The notes under the pieces are model-generated. The model worked only from the letters and a program-made list of their open reading frames with translations, ran no database searches and was not told the DNA's origin. 64,000 nucleotides of DNA from a virus (lineage: Duplodnaviria; Caudoviricetes), in the IMG/VR virus record IMGVR_UViG_3300031992_000028. One strand, 5' to 3'. Within the stretch, counting starts at the first letter, position 1. Each line of letters opens with the position of its first letter. The position numbers were made by a program, and so were the translations under genes. This document shows, piece by piece, positions 1-11,706 of the stretch.

Positions 1-401
1 ATTATGTATATTGGATTGGTGGAGAATTTACTAATCCAGGAAAAACTCAACCAAAATTACATGTTAAACCTCAATATGGTAAAACACCATTAAAAGTTGA
101 TTTTGGTAGCGGCCAAGGATATAATGATTGTATTTTATACTTTGCCTCAGAGCAAGCTGCAAAAAACTTTATGGGTATTGCTGAAGCAAATAAACCAAGT
201 AAAGTTAAATCACTACAAATTAAAAAAATTGGTGAAGACAAAAATGGTTATGTAGAAGTTTCTACTGAATTTGGTAATGCATATATTAAAGCTTCTAAAC
301 TTCATGAAGAAGTTGAAGAAGATTTAGAAAATAAAGAAGAAAAAACATATAATTATAAAGAAGTAGCCGAAGCTTATTTTGATGGCTTCTTTAAAGACTA
401 A
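1..401 (+). CDS. Hypothetical protein, 5'-truncated; paralog of 10765..11706 and of the N-terminal part of 11706..14042
   Basis: Frame open from position 3 to TAA at 399-401; shares F-x-x-E-Q-x-A-x-x-F and V-x-T-x-x-G-x-A-Y motifs with the two downstream paralogs. Confidence 0.7.
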   Translation, partial: YVYWIGGEFTNPGKTQPKLHVKPQYGKTPLKVDFGSGQGYNDCILYFASEQAAKNFMGIAEANKPSKVKSLQIKKIGEDKNGYVEVSTEFGNAYIKASKLHEEVEEDLENKEEKTYNYKEVAEAYFDGFFKD

Positions 402-412
402 GGAGAGATAAA

Positions 413-1900
413 ATGAAAATTAAGAAATTAGTTGAATCCAAATTAATTGAAGCTGAAGATAAGATTGATACTACCGGTTCAGTTCAAGAAATTGCTGATG
501 ATATTCAAGATCAAGTTGATGATTTAACTGACGGTAAGCTTGAAATTTCTGATGAAGCTGCTGAAAAAGCTGCCGAAGATACTGCTGCTGTTGCAGATGT
601 TGTAAATGCAGACGAAGCAGCTATTGTCATTACTGAAGAAGACTGAAGTGATATTAAAATTACAAACAGACTTTATAGAACATTAGATAGAGCTTTTGCT
701 GCTGCTAAAACAAATATGGGCAAGCACAAAGTTAAAGCTGGTGCTAATGTCCTTGTCGAAGGTCTTCCAGGTTCAGGTAAAACTGCTATTGTTGAAGCTT
801 GGTGTAAAATGAATGGTTTAACACTTGTTGCTTTAAATGCTACTGACCCAAAGATTGAGTCTGCTATTAATGGTATTCCATTACGTAATATGTCTGTTGA
901 AGATTCTACAGAGCTTACATATGCTTATGCAGTTGATGATAGAAATTTAGGTTTATTAATTAATGAAAAACACCCAGATTTAGCAGGAAAGTGTGTTTTA
1001 TTCGTTGATGAATTAAACAGACAAAAAACAGAGCAATTAAGACGTCCATTTATGTCTCTCTTTAATGAAAAAAGAAATGCAAGTGGTTCATTAGATTTCT
1101 CTAAAAACTTATTATTCTGTGTTGTTGCTATCAACCCATTTGGCAATGACTTCCATGATAAGGGTGTTAGTGAACTAAATGCTGCTGAAAAAGACAGATT
1201 TGCTCGTCAACAGTATTCATTTGACTCCAATATTACTGATGCTATTCAATTCTGGACTTGGTATAGATCAAAAGAATTGTTAGATTTAGGAATTATTGCT
1301 CCAGGTAGTGCTGCATCTACAAATCATGGTGGTTGGGTTGGCCCAACAAAAAAATTAGATGAAGATGATTTAATGCATGCTAAGAGAATCCTCAAAGGTG
1401 CTGCATTAGCTCTTTATATTTTAAATAATGTTCAAAAATCAAGAGAAACTGAAGTATTTACTACAAGAAGAGATACCGATAGAGCTTATAGAAGTGGTGA
1501 TTATCGCTATACTACAAGCAGAGGTTTATTTGATGGTATTTTTGATAGCACATTTGGCGATGATAAATCACCAGTTAAAGACTTCTTAGACTGGGTTGAT
1601 GAAGAAAGCCATTACACACCAGAAAAAGTTAGAATGTTCCATGACATTTTAGATTCTTATATTATGGACGTTAAAGGATTATTTGCTGCTTATAACCTTG
1701 ACAAAACTCCAAAAGAAATTAAAGCAGAATTAGATGGAACTGCTGCTCCAAAAGCTGACACTACTGTTGATAACACTGATGATGAAATCGAAGATGATGA
1801 TGTCATGTTTGGTGCTGATGATATCAGTGGAGTTAGCAAAGCAAGCACAGATGATTTAAGTAAAGATGATGTTGATTCTATCATGGGTAGCTGGTTATAA
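413..1900 (+). CDS. MoxR-like AAA+ ATPase (495 aa, one TGA=Trp at 644-646)
   Basis: 413..646 and 716..1900 are in frame across TGA; Walker A GLPGSGKT, Walker B LFVDELNR, sensor AINP, Arg finger DRF; GGAG RBS. Confidence 0.85.
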
Positions 1901-1903
1901 TCT

Positions 1904-3052
1904 ATGAAAATTCTAAAAGAAGCAGGAAAAGAAATACAAACTGATACTGAAAAAAGGCTAAAAAAGAAACTTTTAGCCCTTTTGCGCAATGATGGAAAAG
2001 GTCATCATCATGCTAAGTATGCGGCAAGATTAGAAGACTTTATTTTAAAGATTGTTCCAAGATCTGAGGAACCTGATTTTGTTGCAGCTGTTAATTGAGA
2101 AGACATTACTATTTATATTAGCGATGGCTTTGTTACTAACGACCAAGATATTTTCTATCAGTTAAGTGTTTTAATGCGTCATGAATTAGCACACTATTTA
2201 TTACAGCATGACATTAGAATGGCTAAATATATTTCTGATAAATATGGCGATGAATATGCTAAGCATTTTAAATTAAGTAACTTATTACATCAAACCTGTA
2301 ATATTGTTATGGACCTTGAAATTTCTAACCAAGTCTATATGCAAAATGACGATAAAGATGTTGTTAGAAATCTTACAGATGGTGTTAGATTTTTACCTGG
2401 TTTAGTTACAGATGATATTGAAGCAAAATGAACAAAAATGACTCTTATCGAAATGTATGATGCAGTTGAAAAAGAGATAGATAGTATTAAACAAAGTATT
2501 ATTGCTAAATGAGACACTCTTGATATGTCAAAGCTTGTAAACCCATTTGATAAAAAATCATTTATTAAAAATCATATTATAAAAGAATTGAATGTATATA
2601 CTGATACAAAACACCCAACTAATTTCTTTGGTACTTTAGCCCAATTTATTAAGGGCAGAGCTTTGTATCATTTTGCTCCATTTGACACTCAAAATAGTAT
2701 TTGTATGATTAAATATTCATCTCTTCCAGACTTATATCAAGATATTATTGTAGATATTGCAGAAGAGTTTAATAGACAAAATGGTTATACAAGACAAGAA
2801 ATTCGTGATAGAGTAATTGAAATTGCTAAAACAAGTCCAGTTGAACCTTATACTTTAAAAGGTAAAAATGGCAATGAAGTTACTAAGATATATAATCCAG
2901 AAGAAAAATTCCTTGCAATTGACGCATTAAAAGCAGTCCTTCCTGAATTAGACGAATATGATGCTTGATATGCAAAAGTTCAAAAGGTTTTCTCTGATAA
3001 GAAATACACTGACGCCGATAGACAAAAAGTCTTGGATGCGCTTAATAAATAA
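1904..3052 (+). CDS. Putative zinc metallopeptidase (HEXXH; DUF2201-N-like partner of MoxR/VWA), 382 aa with TGA=Trp
   Basis: Fragments 1904, 2174 and 2525 join in frame through TGA to TAA 3050-3052; motif MRHELAHYLLQH and downstream N-I-x-x-D-L-E-I. Confidence 0.7.
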
Positions 3053-3063
3053 GGAGGCGTCAA

Positions 3064-5274
3064 ATGAAATCAATTAGAGTAAAATCGTATAATAAATTAA
3101 TGGAAAATGTTATTACTGAAGATAGCATTAAATTAGACGGTAATACAAGTGATTTTAAAGGAAAATTAAAAAAACGTATTACTGATGCTATTAGACTTGC
3201 TAAAGAATGTAGAATTGCTGCTAAAAAAGCAAGAGATGATGGTAATGATGAAGATGCTGATTGGCTAGAAAAACGTGCAGAAGATTATGAAACTGCTGCT
3301 AGAAACTGAAACCAAGATGCTCTTGATGATGAAGAAGATTCATCAGTTGACACTAAGCAAGATGATACTGATAAAGAGCCGAGCCAATCAGAAGTAGCAC
3401 AAGATGCTGCTAATGCTGCTAAGCGTGCTGCAAGAGATGCGCAAGATGCAGCTAATGAAGCTCAAAAAGCAGCAGAAAAATTAGCTGATACTGGACAAGA
3501 TAATAGTGCTGCTAAAGCTGCTGCAGAAAAAGCTCAAGAAAAAGCTAATGAAGCTAAACAAGCTGCACAAGAAGCCCAAGACCATGCAGACAAAGCAAGT
3601 AAAGCTGAAGCTGCTGGAGATAAAGATAAAGCTAAAGCGGAGGCCCAAGCTGCAGAAGATGCTCAAAAGAAAGCAGAGCAAGCCGCAAGTGAAGCTGGTG
3701 AAGCTGCTGAGTCTGCAAATCAAAAGACTGCTTCTGAAAGAGCACAGGATGCTGCAGATGCTGCTGAAGAAGCAGCTAAAAATGCACAAGCAAAAGCTGA
3801 TGCTGCTCAAAAGAAAGCTGATGACTTAAAAGCTGAAGGTAAAGACGCTAGTGAAGCTCAGGCCGAAGCTGATAAAGCCAAAGAAAAAGCAGAGCAAGCT
3901 AAGAAGGCCGCTGAAGAAGCTAAAAACCATGCTGAAAAAGCTGAAGAAGCTGAAAAGTCTGGTGATACAGATACAGCCAAATCTGAAGCTGATAAAGCCG
4001 AAGCTGCTGCTGAAAGTGCCAAACAATCTGCAAGCAGCTCATCAGATAGTAGTGAAGAGAGCTCTAGTGATTCAGAAGATAGCTCCGACTCTGATAATGA
4101 CTCTGATAATGACTCTGATAGCGATAGCTCTTCAAAATCTAAATCTAAGAGTAAAAGCAGTTCAAGCAGTAGTTCAAAATCTGATGCAAGCGAGTCTGAA
4201 GATGATTCTGATGATGACTCAGATGATGACGAGAGCCAATCTGATGATGCTCCAATTAAAGACCCATTTGCAGATGAAGAAGATATTCCAAGTATGCCAA
4301 GTATGGGACAACAAGGACAAGAGCCAAGAGACCCAACAGTAGATGAAATTATTAAACAATTAGGTAAACTTGAAGGCGAAGCAAAACGTGGAGCTATTGC
4401 AGGTTTAACTGATTTAATAAATAAAAATAAAAATGAAAGCTTAACTGAAGCTTTTAGTAAAGGTATTCGTGAATTCTCTGATGGAGAATGAGATGACCTA
4501 AATGATGAGACCATCGATAGAATTAATAAAGTTAAAAAAATTACTACTATTGATGATGTCGAAGGAAGAAAAGCAAAGGTTAAAAGTTGAGCAGATAATC
4601 AAGTTGCTCGTCAAGAATTATCTGATGAAGAAAGCCAAAATGCCCAACATGATGTACTACAACGCCGTGCCAAAGAACAAGAATTAGATAAATATAATAA
4701 CTTGTCTGGAATTAAAGACTTTGAAATTGATTTTGAAGGCTGTATAAGAGACCAAGTTGAGATGGTCATGCAAGATTATCTAACATATGATGAAATTAAC
4801 CCAGAATATGAGTTAGAAGATGTCATCATGAAAGCAGAAGTTCAAAGAATGATTCCAGATGAATCTATTCCAACAATTGCTGTGTTCTTTGATAAATCTG
4901 GCTCATGTTCCAGTGCTATTCCAACACTTAACAATGCTATTGCGACAGTTAAGAAAAAATATGTTGATACTGGCATGTGTAAATTAGATTTATATTATTT
5001 TGGTGATAGAGTAGCTTATAATGATGCTAATGCTTATGTTGGTGGTTCCACAAGAGCTTGGCCACACATTATTGAGACAATTAGAAAAGGTGATTATAAC
5101 AATGTTATTGTCATGTCTGATGATGATATTGGAGAACAAAATAATAATGGCGAAAGTTATACTGTTACTGGCTGCGTGTGGTGGCTTTGAGTTAATGGTG
5201 TTAGAGCACCAAAATGTGTAAAAGAGTTACGTGGTATGCAGCATAATTTTGAAGGCGAAATAGATTCATATTAA
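3064..5274 (+). CDS. VWA-domain protein with a long A/E/K-rich coiled coil and S/D-rich linker (736 aa with TGA=Trp)
   Basis: Fragments 3064, 4294 and 4702 in one frame; MIDAS FFDKSGS, GGST and VMSDDD near the C-terminus; ends TAA 5272-5274; GGAGG RBS. Confidence 0.8.
4087..4120 (+). repeat. 12-bp tandem repeat GACTCTGATAAT (about 2.8 copies) in the Ser/Asp-rich linker
   Basis: Directly visible; encodes DSDN repeats. Confidence 0.8.
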
Positions 5275-5286
5275 GGAGACAAATTT

Positions 5287-5970
5287 ATGGAAATTATGAA
5301 AGAAGAAAAATTAGCTGAAACAAAACTAACAGAATCAAAAGAAAAATTACCAATTTCTTTCTTAACAGAATTTGTTAGTAGAAGCTGAGATGATGTTGGT
5401 TACTTAAAAGAAACAATTAAATCTATTGGTGAATCTTTTAGCGGAACTAAAAAGGTTGAAGAATTACTCCAAGCTCTTGTTGATGCATATTTAGTTTGTA
5501 TTGGACAATTAGAAGCACATCTTCAAGCTAAAGATTATTTAGATACTGATATTGATAATAAACTAACTGAAGACGTTGATATTCATATTGAAGGCAATGA
5601 AGTTCGTATCGCTGATAATAGCGGTGAAGAAGTTGCTATTATTCCAGTTGACCCAGCTGCTGAAGAAGCACCTGCTGAATGTGATGGTCCAGAATGTGAC
5701 GTTCCTCCAGTTGAAGTTGAAATGCCAGTAGTTACTGAACCAGCTAAAGAGCCAATTGCTGCTGATGATGGCGAATTCAATACACCATTTGAATTTGATG
5801 TCCCAGAAGCTGATGGTGTTAGAAAATTTGAAAAACCAGAAGTTGCTGATTTCTTTGTAGACTTTGATGATCCAGTTGGTGAACCTGTCACTGAAAAAGA
5901 ATTATATGGTGATGGTGAAACCACAATCGAAGGCGAAAAGATTGACGCTGACGTTGAAGAAGAGGAATAA
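5287..5970 (+). CDS. Acidic hypothetical protein, probable head-internal protein (227 aa, one TGA)
   Basis: GGAG RBS, ATG 5287 in frame with the 5722 fragment; several L-x-E motifs (LAE, LTES, LTED). Confidence 0.7.
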
Positions 5971-5986
5971 TTAATAATTTATTATT

Positions 5987-6016
5987 AAAAAAGCGCTTTA
6001 AACAGGCGCTTTTTTA
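5987..6016 (+). terminator. Intrinsic terminator
   Basis: AAAAAGCGC...GCGCTTTTTT hairpin with U-tract after stop codon. Confidence 0.75.
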
Positions 6017-6024
6017 TTTTTATT

Positions 6025-6039
6025 TGCTAAATTATATGA
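6025..6039 (+). promoter_or_regulatory. Putative late promoter TGCTAAATTATATGA
   Basis: One of 10 intergenic copies of the motif. Confidence 0.7.
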
Positions 6040-6131
6040 TGTTCAAGCAAATGTTCTTATCCTTTCAGCAAATGCTTGAGCATCACTCAATAGAAAATAA
6101 CTTATTTTATATAAATTAAGGAGAACTCAGC

Positions 6132-9100
6132 ATGGCAAAAAAGATTGAAATTAATGAAAATTGGGAACCAGTTGAAGTAGAAGATTTAGATAATTTATTT
6201 ATCGTAGTTTTTAAACATGGCAGTTTTGACCAAGGTTATGTTGAAGCTTTTGATACAGATGATGTTTTAATGCAATCTGCTTATGATAGCTTAGCAAAAC
6301 AATATGATGACTGTGGTTGTGATGAGCTAACAAAAATTTACTTAATCAAAGTTCCAAATACTGAACAAACAGTAGATATGTGTAATACCGGCTTATTTAA
6401 TGGTAACTGCTGTGACCCACATGTTATTGAAGCTGCTAGAGACTTATTCAACAGAGCTGACTGTGAACATCTTTCTTGTTGGGAAGGCTGTGGTTTAACT
6501 GAAGCTAAAAAGAAGAAAAAACCATATTCATCTGCTTATTGTGGCTTTACTGATCCAGCCTTAAATATTAAGCATTTCAATAAATGCATGGGAACTGGTG
6601 GACTTCAAAACCCAGACCCAGCACATTTAGTTGTTGGCGATACTTTACCAAATGCACCAGTTGCAGATGCTGGGGCTAGTGATGCTGGAGCTTCATCTGG
6701 CGGTGAAGGTGGAGCTATGGGTGAAAGCCTAAATGAAGCTAAAGAAGAAAATTTAGAAGATAAAATTAGATCTGTCATTGCCCATAAAGAAACAGATGAT
6801 TGGCATGATGGAAAAGCTTATCTTTTTGAAATCAGTGATGAGTCTAAAAATTCTAATAATGGTGATATTGATCCATTTTGGGTTGAAAAGTTTGATGATG
6901 ATGAAGTTGACTTCAGTAAATTAAAAGTATATGATAGAACTCCGGAAGAAAAAGAAGATGGCAAATATATTGCTACCTTTATGATCTCTGGTGGTAAAAA
7001 TGGCTCTGGTGAGTGAACTGATTATTTAGGTCAACTTGCAAATGCTTTTAAAGCACTCAAAGAAAAGACAGGTGCTGAACCTTTACTTTATAAATTAGAC
7101 ACAGATATTTGTGATGATGTTTGGACAGGTTATGTTTTCTTATATGATCATGCAGATAATGTGAAAGAAAGCTTAAATGAAGATTTAATTGTTGTTGAAC
7201 CATTTGAAGCTAAAGAAAAAATTGAGGAAATTAAGAAACAAATTGAAGAAGCTGAAGATTGAAAAGTCCGCAAAAACTTATTAACTTTAATGAATATTTA
7301 TTTATTCCAAACAATTTATGATGCAGATCATCAAGATGAGACTGATTGCAATATTAATAAAGATGAATGAGATGAATATTCTAAATGGAGTACTGAACAA
7401 GGTGAAAAACTTGTTTCTGAACACCCAGAATTAGAAGTTGAAGAACAAGAAAGAGATGCTAAAATTGAAGCTTCTGTCGAAGACCAAAGCTCTGAAGAGG
7501 TTGAACAAACAGAAAGCTTAACTGAAGCTCATTTAGATTATTCTACACAATTATCTAAAATGAAACAATTAGAGGCTGGCACTCGTGGATTTAATGCAGC
7601 ACAGGCTAGCTTAGAAAAGATTTTATATAATTATGATATTTGTATTTCTCATAACTTGCCAAAAGCTAGAAAGGCAATGGAAGATGCTTTAAGAATGCAT
7701 GGTTGGGACCAATATATTAAACCAACTAAAAAACAAGTTAAAATTACAGACTATGATTACATTTTAGACCCAGGCTATGTTAATACTGCCTCAGTTAATA
7801 CAGTTTTTGCAAACAAAGATAATGCACAACAACTTATTAAAGATTATGGAAGTAACTTAGATGACTTACTTGTTATTTTAGTTATTGCTCTTGGTTTAAA
7901 GGAAGCAACATTAGCTGGATTAATTAAAGACCATATTATTAATAATTTTACAGTTACATTAACTGAATTAAAAGACTTCTTAAATAAATATTTTTCAAGC
8001 CCAGCTACTATAGCAGCTTTAAATCAAACTCTTCATGATTGCAGAGAAAGCTTAGTAGAAGATACTGGTTATTCACATAAATTAATGGATAAATTTGAAG
8101 TCCCACCACAAATCAAATTATTAGATCAAAAACAAGTAGAAGATTTTATTAAACAATTAAGCCCAGAAGAATTATTTAGAGTTGGTTATGCTACGCCTTT
8201 ATATTTCTATTCAGAGCTTGATGATAAATTTGATTTAGTCAAAGCAACTGAAATGGAAGGTTATACTGGACTAGATTATCGTGATGCTGTCGCAGACCAA
8301 TCTGTTGCAGATCATGCTGCGCGTATTGCAAATGCACAAAGACAAATTAATACATATGCTGATGTTTTAGATAAAAATCAAGGGCATAAATTAAATAAGA
8401 GTGGTGAAAGATTTAGTACTACTTATAGAGCAACTAATAAACTTGCCCTAAATCCAGAAAAATCTAATGAATATATTGAGTATGAGTATGAGCTAGATGA
8501 TGATGGAAATCCAAAATTAGATGCTCAAGGAAAACCAATTATTAAAAAAGATGCTGCTGGTCAAAGAATTGTTAAGACAAAAATAGATATGAATAAAATC
8601 TTATTCTACCCAAGAGTTGGCTCACAGCCAAATGTCCATTATTATATAGATTTCCACAATGGTCAAGGCTTTAAACCAATTAGACGAGAAGTATTAGTTG
8701 ATACCTTATATAAATTTATTATGGAAGTAGAAAAAGCTAATATGCTGGGTGTTAGCAAAGCTGATTTAATGTGGCTACAAAAGAATGGCTATGGAAATGT
8801 TAGGAAAGATGCCGAAGGTGCTATTCAGGCTTTCTACAATGCCCATGGCAAAGACATTCCAATTTGAGCTTATAGAAAAGCAGAAGAAGCAGGTGTAACT
8901 CCAGAAGAATATTATAAAGAGCACCCATTTAGCACACGTTGGTCAATGTCAGACTTTAAAAAGAAAGCTAAGAATTTATTTGATGATGATGCTGCCACTA
9001 TTATGGCACAAGATGCTGAAACAGTTAGTGGTCAAGAATTAGCTGCTGTAAACGGTATGAATAGAGATGTTTCTGCTAAAGAAGATAAACCACAAGTCAG

Positions 9101-9596
9101 AGCTTTATATTCTAACCAAGTTTATTTCTTAGAGGGCAAACCAGGTAAATTTGGTAATATGCTTCATGAAGGCTTAGAAGAAGAAATTGAATTAGATGAA
9201 GCAAAACGTTATGTTAAACGTTATTATGTCAGACCATTAAATATTTTCTGTGGAAATAAAGAAGACATTATTCAAGCTTTAATTAGAGCTGGAGACCAAA
9301 ACTGCTCTGTTTATTCATTAAAGAATTTAACAAACCACGAAGATGTTCACTTATTACAACCAAGCGACATTATCTATTATTGGGACGACCATGTTTTATA
9401 TGATAAGAATCATGTTCAAGTTATGGACTACGATTTATTTGTTAAACATGAAGAAGACCGTAAAAAAGTTGGTAATGTTGATGCTATGACTGATGCGGCT
9501 TTTAGTGATTTATATGATGATAGAGCTACAGAAGATGATTTAAAAGATAAAGAAGTTATTGCTAACTATAAGGCATTAAATACAATTAGTAGATAG
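6132..9596 (+). CDS. Large modular (polyprotein-like) hypothetical protein, 1154 aa with TGA=Trp
   Basis: Fragments 6132, 7560 and 8946 join in frame via TGA; ends TAG; modules separated by LTEA, ESLNEA, ESLNED, ESLTEA, ESLVED, LDEA. Confidence 0.75.
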
Positions 9597-9607
9597 AGGG
9601 CAGTTGA

Positions 9608-10756
9608 ATGGAAAATTTTGAACAATATTTTAATGAAGATTTTGATTTAGAAGAGGCGTATGATTTTAAAGACCTTGCTGCAAAAAAAGCATTTAACTTT
9701 GAATGAAAGCCAAAATTTAATGAACTATTAGTCGGAAATAAGATTTGCTATGTAGTTGTTGAAAAAACTTCTACAAGTAGATTATTTTCAGTAGTTGAAA
9801 AAGTATTTGTTGGAGCCAATACTGGAGATATTTTTGTTAAAACTACAAAATTTGGCACAACACCATTAACAAGCTTTAAAGAATATGGTTATAAAAAACC
9901 TCACTTTGAAGCTGGTGATGAAGAAGCTACTAATGCATTATTAGCCTTAATTGCAGAATATAATGAAGCTTTCCATACTGCTGCAAAAACCTCTAATGGT
10001 GATACTCGTTCATTAGAATATTCAGAAGATAAGTTTGAAGACCAAGTTGGTGAAGGTCAAGACTTAAGTCAAAAAGCTTCAACTGATTTAAAAGACTGAT
10101 TAGCCCTTCATGTTACTAACGTTAAGTTTACTTTACCAGACTTAAACCTTATTCCAAATTCTGAAAAACGTGTCAAGGCTAAAAATGAATTAACCTTCAG
10201 TTTACTTGAAAAGCAATACCCTGGAATTACCTCTAATGCAAAGCATTTTGGGTGAGAAACAAAGACTTTGGACAATGCTATTTTTAGCTTTTGAGGCTTA
10301 ACTGGCTTTACATATTTTGATGTTCCATTTGAGGAATTCCCAGAAGAATTAAAAACACTAGTTATCGATGCTAAAGATAAAAGTTTAAAACGTGGACAAA
10401 CAAATGTTAGACCAAGCAAACCAACAGATAAAGTAATTAATAATATTTATTTTGCACATGCTATTATTGATATGTTTGATGGTGATTATACTTTCTGTGA
10501 TAGAAATATTGATGCCGAAGCAATTGCTGATAGTGATGATACATTTAAGCAAGATTTTGATAATATTAATGCTTATGGTGAAAAAGTTGAAAGTTTAAGA
10601 GAAGCTAAAGAAGAAATTTGCTGTATTTGTGGTGAACCAATAGAAGGCTATGGAAATAATCCTGAACCATACAAGCATGAAGGCAGATGTTGCGATGCTT
10701 GTAATGCTAAGTTTGTAATTCCAGCAAGATTAGCCGAATTAGATAACAAGGAATAA
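9608..10756 (+). CDS. Hypothetical protein with C-terminal Cys-rich Zn-finger module (382 aa with TGA=Trp)
   Basis: ATG 9608 in frame with the 10472 fragment; C-terminal CCICG...YGNNPEP...CCDACN after an ESLREA linker. Confidence 0.7.
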
Positions 10757-10764
10757 ATATAATT

Positions 10765-11706
10765 ATGGCTTTACCAGATAATTATGATATAAAACAATAT
10801 TTACCAACAGAGCAAGACTTTGCTGATGTTTTTGCTGCAAAACAAACTGGAAATTATTATAAGTTGCCTTATTACCCTCTTAGTAAAGATGAGCCATATT
10901 GTTACCCAACTATTAGAATTTACCTAGCTGCTATTCTATTAAAATGGGAAGAGCTTGGTAAGCAAATTGAAAATAACTTACTTGCAGGTAAATATGAATA
11001 TATTAATGGAACTAAACAATTAATTCCTTATTATACTCCTAAAGACCTAGCAATTATTAGATCATTTGCTGTTCAATATAAACAATATTATATTGGCGGT
11101 TATATGAAATATAAAGATGCTGGACAAGGTCTTGAATCTCCTGAAAAACTTACTCAGCAAGCTAGAGATGCCAGAAAAGGTGAAATTGAAGTAAAAATTA
11201 AAAATAGTAGTTCAGTGCTTCGTATTATTCCATATAGTATGAAGTATGGTAAAGATGACCCAAATAAAAGACAAGCTGGCGCAAAAATGCATATCTTTTT
11301 TGGAAAAGATTTAGGCGGGAAATATAATATTGTAATTAGAGGCAGTAATTTATATGGCTGTAATGAACACCCTACATATGATCAACCATATTTCTTGACT
11401 GAACAAGAAGCCAGAGATTTTATTGCTAACTTTAATCATAATAATATAAATACAAAAGTTACTATTGAAGATTGGCGCTTTGTAATTACGGATAGACCAA
11501 TGGACGATGGTTATGAAAGAGATGCTAATGGAAGTTACCTTATAGATGCTAAAGGTAACTATGTTAGAGCTTATTATATGCCAAGTCAAACTGAATTAAC
11601 AAAAGTTGATACTGTTTGTGGAATAGCCTATATGTTAAAAGAAGATAGAGATGCATATTGGGATAAAATCTATAAGGAAAGAGCAGAAAGAAAGGCTAAA
11701 AAATAA
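10765..11706 (+). CDS. Hypothetical protein (313 aa), member of a local paralog family
   Basis: Intact ORF; N- and C-terminal similarity to the 11706 gene. Confidence 0.75.
   Translation: MALPDNYDIKQYLPTEQDFADVFAAKQTGNYYKLPYYPLSKDEPYCYPTIRIYLAAILLKWEELGKQIENNLLAGKYEYINGTKQLIPYYTPKDLAIIRSFAVQYKQYYIGGYMKYKDAGQGLESPEKLTQQARDARKGEIEVKIKNSSSVLRIIPYSMKYGKDDPNKRQAGAKMHIFFGKDLGGKYNIVIRGSNLYGCNEHPTYDQPYFLTEQEARDFIANFNHNNINTKVTIEDWRFVITDRPMDDGYERDANGSYLIDAKGNYVRAYYMPSQTELTKVDTVCGIAYMLKEDRDAYWDKIYKERAERKAKK

Noticed and set aside
3481-4514. Overlapping ORFs 3481..3810(-), 3506..3829(+), 3851..4342(+) and 3858..4514(-)
   Set aside because: Shadow frames of the low-complexity GCT/GAA/AAA-rich region of the VWA gene; no RBS and biased K/L or S-rich translations
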